Under the pieces are notes generated by a model, which saw only the letters and a program-made list of their open reading frames with translations, ran no database searches and had not been told where the DNA came from. The translations under genes were made by a program, and so were the position numbers. Source: Desulfobacterales bacterium (GTDB lineage: Bacteria; Desulfobacterota; Desulfobacteria; Desulfobacterales; JAFDCJ01). Taken from it: a stretch of DNA of 64,000 nt. Numbering within the stretch: position 1 is the stretch's first letter; each line of letters begins with the position of its first letter. Location: contig JASJCE010000003.1 in assembly GCA_030066155.1 (NCBI GenBank), positions 3,258 through 67,257 of the forward strand. The letters run 5' to 3'. This document shows, one piece after another, positions 19,505 through 29,610 of the stretch.

Positions 19505-21208
19505 TCATGCCGGATCAGGCATATTTTCAAGGTGTTGACATATGGCGCTCGCGGTTCCGGGTTTAGCAAACCAGAATCCTTGCACCATATCGAAATCCAG
19601 GCTTTTGACGCGGTTGAACTGGTCTTGGGTTTCCACGCCTTCCGCCACTACTTTCAGCCGGAGTTTTTGGGCAAGCTCAACGACGGATTTTACGATTTCG
19701 TAGGATTCCGTATTGAATTCCATTTGCTGGATAAACGACTTGCCGATTTTTAACTCATCCAGTGGAAACTGATGCAGATATGAAAAAGCCGAATAGCCGG
19801 TGCCAAAATCATCAAGAACGAGCTTAGTCCCGATTTTCTTTATTGCGCTCAATTTTTCAATGGCTGAAGCCGAACTCTCCATCAGTACACTTTCCGTGAT
19901 TTCAAACTTCAACATACCCGGATCAATTGAATAGTCGGCAATGATGGATGCGATTTTGTCGGCAAATTCGGCCTGCCCAAACTGATGGCCGGAGATGTTT
20001 AGGTTCAGGCTGATATCATTCAAGCCGGGAAAGGTTTGTTGCCATTGTTTCAATTGACGGCATCCCTCCTCAAGCACCCAGTTGCCGAGATTATAAATCA
20101 GGCCGATTTCTTCCGCTTTCGAAATAAAGTCGTCCGGATAAATAATTCCATGCTCCGGGTGATGCCAGCGAATCAGTGCCTCCAGACCAATCGTCCGCAA
20201 ATCTTCCAATTGCAAAATCGGCTGGTAGTGCAGCATAAATTCCTGATTTTGAATTCCTATTCGCAAATCATTTTCCAGTTGCAGCGATTCAATTGCATCA
20301 TCCAGCATTTTCTGATCAAAGAATCTGATACCCTCCCCTTCCTGCTCCTTGCAGCTGGATAAAGCCATATCCGCATCGCGCAGAACATCATCCGGGGATT
20401 CGTAGTAAGTTGTTTTGACTACCAGTCCAATGCTGACAGAAAGCGTTACTTTTTGCCCGTCGACATCAAAAGCTCTCCCAGCTTCCCGTTGGCATCTTTC
20501 AGCTACGGCGGCGGCAATTAGATCGCTTTCAGGGCCTTCGATCAACACGGCGAATTCATCGCCGTTCATGCGGGCGACCATGTCTGACGGACGCACACAG
20601 CCCTTAAACCGATTGGCCAGTTCGGATATGATAACGTCGCCGGTATAATGGCCATACGTGTCGTTGACACCTTTGAAATGATCAATATCGATTAAAAACA
20701 GTGCATAGGAAAGGCTATCATTTTGGTAGGATTCAGCAACAACGCTGTTCAAACGATTCATGAGCATCGATCTGTCTGAAAGGCCGGTCAGGGTATCCGA
20801 TGCCATGCTTTGACGGGCATTCATTTCATGAGCCTGGTGCGTTGTTGCGCGCTTTTGCAGGCCGCGCGCGATCGCACGCTTAACTGCTGGGAGGCTCAGC
20901 GGTTTTTCCAGATAGTCGCAGACTTCCAGTCTTAGCGCTTCTACCGAGCTCTGTAAACTGCCCTGTCCGGTAATTATTATCGGAACGATTTCAGGATCTG
21001 AAGACTTGAGAGTCCGGATGACCTCGAGCCCGTTCATATCCGGAAGGAGTAAGTCGGTAATGAGAATGTCATATGAATGGGTTTGACCCAGTTGAATTCC
21101 ACTTGAGCCGTCATCGGCCAGGTCCACCACATAATTTTCAGAAGCAAGCCCCAATTTCAGTGCTTTCAGAATGGAGGCTTCGTCGTCGATGATAAGGATA
21201 CGTTCCAT
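19505..21208 (-). CDS. REC-GGDEF-EAL c-di-GMP metabolic protein
   Basis: Receiver domain; RMNGDEF; EALIRW, LDDFGTGYS, AEGVET. Confidence 0.93.
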   Translation of the reverse strand: MERILIIDDEASILKALKLGLASENYVVDLADDGSSGIQLGQTHSYDILITDLLLPDMNGLEVIRTLKSSDPEIVPIIITGQGSLQSSVEALRLEVCDYLEKPLSLPAVKRAIARGLQKRATTHQAHEMNARQSMASDTLTGLSDRSMLMNRLNSVVAESYQNDSLSYALFLIDIDHFKGVNDTYGHYTGDVIISELANRFKGCVRPSDMVARMNGDEFAVLIEGPESDLIAAAVAERCQREAGRAFDVDGQKVTLSVSIGLVVKTTYYESPDDVLRDADMALSSCKEQEGEGIRFFDQKMLDDAIESLQLENDLRIGIQNQEFMLHYQPILQLEDLRTIGLEALIRWHHPEHGIIYPDDFISKAEEIGLIYNLGNWVLEEGCRQLKQWQQTFPGLNDISLNLNISGHQFGQAEFADKIASIIADYSIDPGMLKFEITESVLMESSASAIEKLSAIKKIGTKLVLDDFGTGYSAFSYLHQFPLDELKIGKSFIQQMEFNTESYEIVKSVVELAQKLRLKVVAEGVETQDQFNRVKSLDFDMVQGFWFAKPGTASAICQHLENMPDPA

Positions 21209-21263
21209 CTAATTAACCCGCCCTGAAAAATAACGCTAGTTGAATAAAAATACTGTCTAGCGT

Positions 21264-21279
21264 TGCACCATTCATGCCA
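21264..21279 (-). promoter_or_regulatory. Putative sigma54 promoter of the REC-GGDEF-EAL gene
   Basis: TGGCATGAATGGTGCA with correct GG-N10-GC spacing. Confidence 0.65.
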
Positions 21280-21392
21280 CTCTCCGATCGCATCCGAGGA
21301 ATTAGAATATTCCAATATATATCAATTGGTTATATTTTGGTTAATGATGTCGAAATCCGGATTGATAAGCGCTTTCAATCCCTTGAAATGGA

Positions 21393-21403
21393 AATATTGT
21401 CAG
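21393..21403. promoter_or_regulatory. Candidate enhancer (UAS) motif AATATTGTCAG
   Basis: Identical 11-mer at 32082, each ~115 bp upstream of a sigma54 promoter. Confidence 0.5.
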
Positions 21404-21484
21404 GCTGGATATGTTGAGGCATGTTTACTGATAGAAAAGTCGCTGATTACTGCATGTTATGCACGTGATAATAATGTGAACCGG

Positions 21485-22861
21485 TTAAGAATATTCAAAT
21501 TGGCCGGCCATATCATATTTTTTGATTCGGTACCGCAGCTTGTGGGGCGGCATATTCATCAGACGGGCGGCTTCAGAAACATTACCCTCGGCAGTTCTCA
21601 TGGCCTCCCGGATGAGACGCTTGGTGGCTTCGTTGTAGTCCAGCTTGTTCGCCACTGTCTCCGGCAATGAAGATTCACATTGCTGGCGGTTGGGCGCCAC
21701 CAGCACATTGAAGTGGTCGCGCGTGAAGGTATTACCGGTTTCAATCAGAATAATCCGTTCAATGGTGTTGCGCAGTTCGCGAACATTGCCGGGCCAATCG
21801 TATGATTTCAGGAAAGTCAACGCTTCCGGACTGATTTCACTGAAGTTCTTGCCGAACTTCTGATTGTAGGTGTTAATGAAGTGCCGGGTAAGGAGGTGAA
21901 TATCTTCCTGTCTTTCGCGCAGCGGCGGCAAATCGAGCCTGACAACATTGAGGCGAAAAAATAGATCCCTGCGAAAATCACCCCGATCAACGGCCTCGTC
22001 CAGGTTGGCATTGGTGGCCGCTATAATTCTGGCCGACACGTCAATCTGCTTGTTGCCGCCAATTCGATAAAAGGCTCGATCTTCCAGAACCGCCAGTAAT
22101 TTGACCTGGGCCGAAAGCGGCATTGCACCGATTTCATCCAGAAACAGGGTCCCACCGGCGGCTTCTTCAAAGCGCCCGGCTCTGCCATCGGCCCTGGCAC
22201 CGGTAAAAGCGCCCCGTTCATAACCGAATAGTTCACTTTCCACCAGATCCTTTGCAATTGCGCCGCAGTTTACCGTAACAAAGGGGCCGGGGATCCCGGT
22301 GCCGTTGTAGTGGGTGGCTTTGGCCAGAACCCCTTTGCCGGCACCGCTTTCTCCGGTGATTAATAATGGCGTATCCGGACTCTGAGCGGCCTTCTTGGCA
22401 ATTTCGACGATTTCTAATATCCTGGCATTATTTCCGATGAGATCAAATTTATATTTTTCGACACTTGGCTTTTGAATCGTTCTAATCTGATGCCTCAACC
22501 GTCTGTTCTCAAGAGCGTGCTGAATAGATAAAAACAGTTCTTGAGACTCGATCGGTTTAACCAGATAATCATAAGCGCCCTGTTTGATCGCATTAACAAC
22601 CGTTTTGACATCTTCCACCGCCGTTACCATGATGACCGTTGCATCAGGGTCCAGTTCAATCAGCCTTTTAAGCACCTCGACGCCGTCCATCTCCGGAAGG
22701 CCCACGTCGAGCAGAACGACATCCGGTGTTTCGGAGGAAAACAGTTCGAGAGCCTCCACTCCGTTTTGGGCTGTCACAGCTTCATATTTGCCTCTAAGCG
22801 CCAGTGACAGCGCTTTTCGGATGCTCTGGTCGTCGTCAACGATGAGAATTTTAGAATTCAT
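21485..22861 (-). CDS. Sigma54-dependent response regulator (NtrC/AtoC family)
   Basis: REC; GESGAGK; [15 protein letters not shown]; LFLDEI; WPGNVREL; C-terminal Fis-type HTH. Confidence 0.95.
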   Translation of the reverse strand: MNSKILIVDDDQSIRKALSLALRGKYEAVTAQNGVEALELFSSETPDVVLLDVGLPEMDGVEVLKRLIELDPDATVIMVTAVEDVKTVVNAIKQGAYDYLVKPIESQELFLSIQHALENRRLRHQIRTIQKPSVEKYKFDLIGNNARILEIVEIAKKAAQSPDTPLLITGESGAGKGVLAKATHYNGTGIPGPFVTVNCGAIAKDLVESELFGYERGAFTGARADGRAGRFEEAAGGTLFLDEIGAMPLSAQVKLLAVLEDRAFYRIGGNKQIDVSARIIAATNANLDEAVDRGDFRRDLFFRLNVVRLDLPPLRERQEDIHLLTRHFINTYNQKFGKNFSEISPEALTFLKSYDWPGNVRELRNTIERIILIETGNTFTRDHFNVLVAPNRQQCESSLPETVANKLDYNEATKRLIREAMRTAEGNVSEAARLMNMPPHKLRYRIKKYDMAGQFEYS

Positions 22862-22865
22862 AGGC

Positions 22866-24440
22866 CTAGTTTGCCAAACCGCCGCTTACAGCAGCGTCTG
22901 ATTCATCCGGGTTATTCTTGGGGCAGGCAATCGGCAGCTGAATGACAAAAGTCGTCCCTTGATCCGGATTGCTCTCGAAAGTAAATGTTCCACCCTGACG
23001 CTTTATAATCTGATGTGAGATGCTTAATCCCAGACCGGTGCCGCTCGCTTTGGTCGTAAAAAAGGGATTAAAAATATCCTCCTGGTGATCTCGCGCGATG
23101 CCGGGGCCGTTATCGCTTACGCTTAAATGAACCACGTTGTGATATTGTCCGGGCGCAGACCTGTTCTGCAATGTTTTAATATCGATGTCGCCGCCTTGGT
23201 CCATTGCCTCTATGGCATTCAAAACCACATTGTTGATAACCTGCTGCAGCCCGATGACATCCCCACGCACCGGTGGCAATTCATCCGCCAAATCTAAATT
23301 GAGCTGGATATCCGATTTCCTCAGCTTCGAGGACCATAGTTTCACGATCTCGGACGTTAGCTCGTTCAGATTGATCTCGTCCGAGGCCAATACCGGCGGC
23401 TTGGCAAAATCCAGTACGCGTTTGATAATATTTTCGATGCGATGAATATTGTCCTTTATTTCATTGAACAGTTCAGCTTCCTCAGGATCACGAATAAATT
23501 TACCGTCACCGCCCAGGATATCGGTGAACAGGCTAATGCTGGCCAGCGGATTTCTGATTTCATGAGCAATGCCGCCGGAAAGCTGACCCAGAGAAGCCAG
23601 TCGGTCGGCCCGAATCAGTTGCTCCTCGATTTTCTTTTGCTCGGTTATGTCGCTAATTCGAATGATTGCGGTTCCTTCATTCTCAATCTGATTTTGCACC
23701 GGATAGATTACCACCTCTTCAATTCGCGCCGGGTTCATCAAGCCTTTTCGCTCATAAGCAGCCGGTTTAGCGCCCTTAATTGCCAGGGGCAACTGGCAAT
23801 CCTTGCAGACATCTGATTTGCGAGCCAGTACTTTATAGCAGGGTTTATCAATAATATCGTGATATTGTTCCAATCCGGTGTATGCTTTAGCTGCTTCATT
23901 CAGAACCTTTATCCTCATATTTTGGTCCACCATGATCAATGGTTCTGAAATACCGTCAAAAACGGATTGTAGACTTGTTTTGCTTTGCACGAGTTGCAAT
24001 TCAACTTTTTTGCGCTCTTCAATTTCAGTTTTAAGATCTTCGATCAGGATTTTGTTTTCTGTCCGTAGCTTGCGTTTTTCAATCGCACGTTGGACAGAAA
24101 TCAATAAATCTTCAATATTTTCTAATGGTTTTGTTAGATAGTTAAAGGCACCATCTTCTTTTAAGGCCTGGACGGCATTTTCAAATGTCGCATTGCCGGT
24201 CAACACAATGACCTCCATGTGACGATCTAACCGTTTAATCGCCTTCAAGACCTCCAATCCCCCCATGCCGGGCATACTCATATCCGTAATGATTAGATCT
24301 ATCGGCAGCGTTTTGAAAAGCGAAATGGCCTCGCGACCGCCTTCGGCTCGAAAGACCTCATAATCTTCGCGCGTCAAAATCGTCTCGAGCATATCCAGAA
24401 TTTCTAAGTCATCGTCAATTATGAGAATTTTTTCATTCAT
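22866..24440 (-). CDS. Cytoplasmic hybrid histidine kinase REC-PAS-HisKA-HATPase
   Basis: REC; PAS with Cys motif (PCY...VCKDC); IAHEIRNPL; DNGPGI, FTTK, GTGLGL. Confidence 0.93.
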   Translation of the reverse strand: MNEKILIIDDDLEILDMLETILTREDYEVFRAEGGREAISLFKTLPIDLIITDMSMPGMGGLEVLKAIKRLDRHMEVIVLTGNATFENAVQALKEDGAFNYLTKPLENIEDLLISVQRAIEKRKLRTENKILIEDLKTEIEERKKVELQLVQSKTSLQSVFDGISEPLIMVDQNMRIKVLNEAAKAYTGLEQYHDIIDKPCYKVLARKSDVCKDCQLPLAIKGAKPAAYERKGLMNPARIEEVVIYPVQNQIENEGTAIIRISDITEQKKIEEQLIRADRLASLGQLSGGIAHEIRNPLASISLFTDILGGDGKFIRDPEEAELFNEIKDNIHRIENIIKRVLDFAKPPVLASDEINLNELTSEIVKLWSSKLRKSDIQLNLDLADELPPVRGDVIGLQQVINNVVLNAIEAMDQGGDIDIKTLQNRSAPGQYHNVVHLSVSDNGPGIARDHQEDIFNPFFTTKASGTGLGLSISHQIIKRQGGTFTFESNPDQGTTFVIQLPIACPKNNPDESDAAVSGGLAN

Positions 24441-24504
24441 TGAATTGTTTTGATTCTATTCCCGGGTTGCCGTGGTTGACCTAAAAGTCGTCCGTACAGG
24501 ATTA

Positions 24505-24531
24505 TAATCGACCATTTATACATAACCTTTA
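24505..24531 (-). promoter_or_regulatory. Putative sigma28 (FliA) promoter
   Basis: TAAA-N15-GTCGATTA on minus strand, 65 bp upstream of ATG 24440. Confidence 0.55.
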
Positions 24532-24722
24532 ATTCTCGGCAGAGATATAGAGGCCCGGATATGTCCGCACGGGCTAAAATCCGGCGGCTGCCAGGAATTC
24601 GGCTGGAGTCGAAATCGGCCGATGGCCCAAATATCGATTGAACCGATCTAAAATGAATTTCCGCAAGGAGCAGAAACAGTTGGTGCCATTCCTTGCGGCA
24701 GAGCCGGGGATGATGAAGGGAG

Positions 24723-25145
24723 TTAATCTAAATCGAGGGTACAGTTTTTAATGAAATATTCAAGATCGGATACCTGGGCGGGTTTGAGTTCATCAAACTG
24801 GAGACCACATCGACGAATGGCAATTGAATTAGACGTCTCGTTTTCATCGATTTCAAAACTGGAAATTATTTTACAGGGTATTTGATCCAAGTAAATACCG
24901 CTGTCGACCAGAAAGATATCGAATTTCGAGAAATCGTCAAGCCGGGTCCGGTGGTCGTGGTATAGAAAAGCTTCGCCGGATCTATCGCTATCCATGAATC
25001 GGGTGTCACTGTAACGAAAAGAAAATCCAGCCATGCTGATGTCGATAATCTGGGCCAGTTTGGTCGAATTCTGGTGTAGCACGGCAAAAGCGCCATCTTT
25101 CACCAGGTATCGCTTTTGGGATCTGCGAGAATCTATGTCATTCAT
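24723..25145 (-). CDS. PilZ domain c-di-GMP receptor
   Basis: RRSQKR (RxxxR) and DISMAG (DxSxxG). Confidence 0.85.
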   Translation of the reverse strand: MNDIDSRRSQKRYLVKDGAFAVLHQNSTKLAQIIDISMAGFSFRYSDTRFMDSDRSGEAFLYHDHRTRLDDFSKFDIFLVDSGIYLDQIPCKIISSFEIDENETSNSIAIRRCGLQFDELKPAQVSDLEYFIKNCTLDLD

Positions 25146-25187
25146 AATGGATATCCTTTATTCTGCTGGTTCAGCTTTGAATCTGCT

Positions 25188-26180
25188 TTAATTCGGCAGG
25201 TCTTGTTTTGTGTCTTTCTGCATTCCTGCAGATTGCAAAGGTTCCGATCCGGGGGTGGCAACGTCAATAGCCTCATCGAAACAGCATTCGAAACGATTGC
25301 GCCCGCCCTGTTTGGCTTTGTATAGCGCCTGGTCAGCCATTTTTATCAGCTCCAGCTTATTGCAGGCGCCGTCCGGGAAAAATGCCCCGCCCATGCTGAC
25401 CGTTATTTTCGCCTCTTGCCCTTCATAGCGGAATTTATGGTCGCGTATCGATTCCATGAGGCGGTCGACAATCATGACAACTTCGGACTTGTCTAGCTCA
25501 TTCATGATAACTAAAAACTCTTCCCCCCCGTAACGGAAGAGCCGGTCCGTAGACCGCAATTGGGTTGTCAGCAATTCACCCAGTTTTTTTAGGACATGGT
25601 CGCCGAATAAATGCCCGTACGTGTCATTGATATCTTTGAAATGATCAGCGTCGATCATCAAAATGAAAAAGTTGTGTCCATATCTGCGAGATCGATCGAT
25701 TTCCTCATCCAGGCAGGATTGCAGGTAGCGATAATTGTAAAGACCGGTCAACGAATCTTTGATAGACAACTCCTTGAGCTGCTTGACCAAAGACCGGTTT
25801 TTCAATTCCAAACTTCTCTTCTCAAGAACCCGTTCCACGGCAGTCAGCAGCACGTCGATATCTTCCAGAGGCTTGCGGAAGTAATCATAAGCCCCCAGTC
25901 TCAAACAGTCGATGGCCGTCGCTTCGTCACTGTGCCCGGTCAGAATAATGACTTCGGTATCTGACTCTTTGGTTTTGACCTCCCGTAAGACTTCGATGCC
26001 GTCCATAATCGGCATTCTGACATCGGTGATGATTAAATCCGGTGTATACTCTTGAAATTTTTCGACACCTTCACGACCGTTACCGGCGGTAATGACACGA
26101 TAATTTTCGCTCGCCAACAAACCTGAAAGCAATGCCAGAATGTCTTCCTCGTCTTCTATGATTAATATGGTTTCTTTCAT
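25188..26180 (-). CDS. Response-regulator diguanylate cyclase (REC-GGDEF)
   Basis: REC; DSLTGLYN; RSTD I-site; RYGGEEF. Confidence 0.95.
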   Translation of the reverse strand: MKETILIIEDEEDILALLSGLLASENYRVITAGNGREGVEKFQEYTPDLIITDVRMPIMDGIEVLREVKTKESDTEVIILTGHSDEATAIDCLRLGAYDYFRKPLEDIDVLLTAVERVLEKRSLELKNRSLVKQLKELSIKDSLTGLYNYRYLQSCLDEEIDRSRRYGHNFFILMIDADHFKDINDTYGHLFGDHVLKKLGELLTTQLRSTDRLFRYGGEEFLVIMNELDKSEVVMIVDRLMESIRDHKFRYEGQEAKITVSMGGAFFPDGACNKLELIKMADQALYKAKQGGRNRFECCFDEAIDVATPGSEPLQSAGMQKDTKQDLPN

Positions 26181-26204
26181 GCTAAACTCCGTTAAGAAAG
26201 CTCT

Positions 26205-28175
26205 TTAAACCGACTCCCCAATTGTTTCTTCCGAATTTGTCACATTTTTCATTTGGGCACCCTTGATCGGGAGTGTAACCTTGATGGTCGTCCCCGCAGA
26301 TCCGGTCTCTGCTATTTCAATCTTTCCGTTGTGGTCGCTGATGATCCCATAACTGATTGAGAGTCCCAGACCGGTTCCCTTGCCAACTTCCTTCGTGGTA
26401 AAGAATGGATCAAAAATACTACTGCAGGCCGAGTCATCGATGCCATTGCCGGTATCCTTGAATAGAATTTCAACCATACCGGAGTCCGTTTCAGACAACC
26501 GGCTGGTGATCTGAATGGAGTCCGTGAAACCGTCCCGAAACGTATCACTGTCCTTCTTTTCCGTAATGGCATCCCGTGCATTGGTAATCAAATTGAGAAA
26601 AACCTGTTCCAATTGATTGGTATCACCGTCAATCCTTGGCAAAGCCGGATCGAGATTTTTGACTATCTCTATATTCCTGAGCCTAAGCTGCTCGCCCACC
26701 ATCAAAAAGGATTCCTCGATAACCTGATTCACATCCAAGGCGTAAAACTGGGATTTCGACTGGCGTGAAAACGTTCTCAAATGATTAATGATATTCATCA
26801 TCCTTTTGGTGTTGCGTTCGATCGGCTCCATTTGTTTCAGCAGGTCTTCAATCTCGTAATTTCCTTTCGAGATAAAGCGTTTGACCAGCTGGGCATTACC
26901 GCGAATGACCATCAGGGGTTGATTCAGTTCGTGGGCCACTCCGGCTGCCAATTCGCCAATGGAGGCCAGCTTGCCGGTTTGCACCAGCTGCGATTGAGTG
27001 TGCTTGAGTTCTTGATAGGCTTTTTTCAATGATTGTTCCGCCAGGTTGCGGTCCGTGACGTCCCGGATAATGCCGCGAAAGCCTCTCGGCAGACCCTCAG
27101 TGCCTTTAATCAGCGATACGGAAGCCTCCAGATGGCGTATTTCGCCGTCGTTTCGGACAATCTGCCAATCAAAATCTCTGGATGGCTTTTGAGACACGTA
27201 AACATTATTGAAAGCCCGAAAAACACTCTTGACATATTTGGGTGCCGTAAACTTCCGATAACTGGCCGCCATCAGTTCTTCCCGGCTGTACCCGATAATT
27301 GTGTAGAAGGCATCGTTGAAAAATGTCAGACAGCCGGAAATATCGAATTCGTAGTATCCCTCCTCCATACTTTCCAGAATGCTTCGATATTTTTCTTCAC
27401 TTTCCCGCAGGTGTTCTTCAGCACGGTTACGTTCACTGATTTCCTGTTTAAGGAATTTATTGGCCTTCAAAAGCTGGCCGGTTCTTTGTTCGACTTTATT
27501 TTCGAGTTCAAGATTGGCGTTTTTGACTTTCTTTCTTTCAGTTTCCAATAGCTGTGCCTGCAGGAATTCCTTTCTCGAATACAACTCGATGGAGTAGCAG
27601 GCAAACATCCCGAACAGATTGCCGGTTAAAAAGAAAAAATTGTTATTGATGAGTATCGGAATCGGCGTGTTTGTTGCCCAGATCGCCGCAACCTCATAGG
27701 CAATCACGATCATTATCCCGGTGGCAGTGGCATAAATAAAATCCAATTTGAAAAATGTGTAGCCAAATATAAAAACCAGTATCAGGCCGGCGTAGTAGGA
27801 ATTATTGCCGGACTGCGGTGCCAGCAGGATCATGGCAATGATGCCGAGGCCTGCCAGGGCCACAACTGAAGCAATACAAATCTGCATGTATTTTTTGAAA
27901 TATTTATTGTAGGAAAATATCAGTACTGCTAGTGCAAACGGACAATAAATGGCATACCGAATGAACCAGAGTTGGTATTTTGCTTCGGGTACGATCCAGG
28001 CATCCAGAATACCGAAGATGCCGAAAAATATGATCGATAACAGCAAAGCGATCCTGACATGCCGCAGGGACTTCTTAAAGTGCTCCTCCTTAAAACATGC
28101 CTCATGTTCTTTCGGAAAGGAAAGCGTAAGAAGATTGAGTTCGACATCTTCCCAGGCGAATTCGGATTTATTCAT
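26205..28175 (-). CDS. Membrane sensor histidine kinase (multi-TM PhcS-like input, PAS, HisKA)
   Basis: ~6 TM with SYYAGLILV / INNNFFFL; PAS; VAHELNQPL; FTTKEVGKGTGLGL. Confidence 0.92.
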   Translation of the reverse strand: MNKSEFAWEDVELNLLTLSFPKEHEACFKEEHFKKSLRHVRIALLLSIIFFGIFGILDAWIVPEAKYQLWFIRYAIYCPFALAVLIFSYNKYFKKYMQICIASVVALAGLGIIAMILLAPQSGNNSYYAGLILVFIFGYTFFKLDFIYATATGIMIVIAYEVAAIWATNTPIPILINNNFFFLTGNLFGMFACYSIELYSRKEFLQAQLLETERKKVKNANLELENKVEQRTGQLLKANKFLKQEISERNRAEEHLRESEEKYRSILESMEEGYYEFDISGCLTFFNDAFYTIIGYSREELMAASYRKFTAPKYVKSVFRAFNNVYVSQKPSRDFDWQIVRNDGEIRHLEASVSLIKGTEGLPRGFRGIIRDVTDRNLAEQSLKKAYQELKHTQSQLVQTGKLASIGELAAGVAHELNQPLMVIRGNAQLVKRFISKGNYEIEDLLKQMEPIERNTKRMMNIINHLRTFSRQSKSQFYALDVNQVIEESFLMVGEQLRLRNIEIVKNLDPALPRIDGDTNQLEQVFLNLITNARDAITEKKDSDTFRDGFTDSIQITSRLSETDSGMVEILFKDTGNGIDDSACSSIFDPFFTTKEVGKGTGLGLSISYGIISDHNGKIEIAETGSAGTTIKVTLPIKGAQMKNVTNSEETIGESV

Positions 28176-28226
28176 GCCAATGGGCCTCTAAAATGACGGT
28201 TTGATATCATCAAGAATACCAATTTG

Positions 28227-29582
28227 CTATTTCTTTACCACGACCAGCGTGATGTCATCTGCTTGTTTTTCCTGAAAAGACGTAACTTCTTCGATAATCT
28301 TATCCCGCAATTTCCTGACCGGCAGATCAGCGTACCGATTCAAGGCTTGTTCCAATCTGTCCTGGCTGAACATGTTCCCTTGGGAGTTGGTTGCCTCGGT
28401 AATTCCGTCGGTAAACAGCAATACAATATCCCCGGGGTTGATGTTTAGGGTTAATTCTTGGGTGCTGCTTATAATATCTTCCGTGATACCCAGCCAGGTG
28501 CCGGTGATCGGAATAGCTTCGACTTTATTCAGGGCGGCGCGGTAAATTAACAGGTCCTGATGCTTACCGGCTACGGTCATCTCTGATTGGCTGAGACGCA
28601 AGGCCATCATCGTCATGTAGTGATCGGAACCCAAACGGGATAGATTCTCCCTGACAATTCCATTGATGGATTGGAGCAGATCCGCCGGACCGCAATTGCC
28701 GTTATTGTTGACCTTTGACAAAATGCTCGTCTGGGCCATCATCATGATCAGTCCGGAATCCACGCCGTGGCCGGAAACATCTCCGATGGTAATCCATTTG
28801 TCTCCTTTGGATGTCTCAATTATGTCGTAGTAGTCACCCCCCACCTCCTTGGCCGGAATCATTGTCGCCGCGATGTCATAGCCTCTTATTTTTTGTTTCT
28901 CCGGCAACAGGGCGGTTTGAATTCGTTTTGCCAATTCCATCTCGCTCCAGATGGAATCCCGTGCAATTTTTAGCTCGCACATGAGATAAAATTCTTTTTT
29001 AATCAGCTGGTGTTTGACATAGTTGATACTTACAGCGATGATGCTTGTCGCACTCAGGAAAAAGAGGTTGTTGATCAGGTGGTTGGTGCGGTAATCACTG
29101 ATGTCTATTAAATTAACGAATAAATACAAGAAAATAATAATGCCGCTGTTGAGCGCGGAGTGCTTCGCGCGCCAGGGCAGCAGCAGATTGACGCCAATAA
29201 TGACCAGATTGAGTCCAGCGTAATAGCTCGAATAAAAACCGCCGAGATCACGCGTCATCAAAACGATGACACCACCGACAACAATCGAGACAATATAGCC
29301 ATGGAGATAGGACAGCTTGCTGGGTTTGGTCAGCCGTATGATAAAATACTGGATGATGACGATGAAGGTGGCAATCAATCGATAAATACCGACCTGCTTT
29401 AACAGGTCTTTCGGAACAATGAAAAAATCGAGAATGAAAAATAGCGGAACCAGCGAAATCACCAGAAAAGTCAATGTCTTCAGCCAATCATGAATGATGC
29501 GATTCAGGAATTGATCGAAATTTCGGGCACCAATGATAGCTTGTTCTTCAACGCTTAATTTATGTTCGACAATTTCGTTCAT
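28227..29582 (-). CDS. Membrane PP2C/SpoIIE phosphatase (SiaA/RsbU-like) with PhcS-like membrane input
   Basis: TM region with SSYYAGLNLV / INNLFFL; IQTALLP, VGGDYYD, GDVSGHG, FTDGITE, DDITL. Confidence 0.92.
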   Translation of the reverse strand: MNEIVEHKLSVEEQAIIGARNFDQFLNRIIHDWLKTLTFLVISLVPLFFILDFFIVPKDLLKQVGIYRLIATFIVIIQYFIIRLTKPSKLSYLHGYIVSIVVGGVIVLMTRDLGGFYSSYYAGLNLVIIGVNLLLPWRAKHSALNSGIIIFLYLFVNLIDISDYRTNHLINNLFFLSATSIIAVSINYVKHQLIKKEFYLMCELKIARDSIWSEMELAKRIQTALLPEKQKIRGYDIAATMIPAKEVGGDYYDIIETSKGDKWITIGDVSGHGVDSGLIMMMAQTSILSKVNNNGNCGPADLLQSINGIVRENLSRLGSDHYMTMMALRLSQSEMTVAGKHQDLLIYRAALNKVEAIPITGTWLGITEDIISSTQELTLNINPGDIVLLFTDGITEATNSQGNMFSQDRLEQALNRYADLPVRKLRDKIIEEVTSFQEKQADDITLVVVKK

Positions 29583-29610
29583 TAATTTGCTGACCTATGC
29601 CTGCGGTCCG

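Noticed and set aside
24540-24720. c-di-GMP riboswitch inside the signalling island
   Set aside because: Only a simple hairpin (CCGCAAGGA/TCCTTGCGG) is present; GEMM consensus elements were not found
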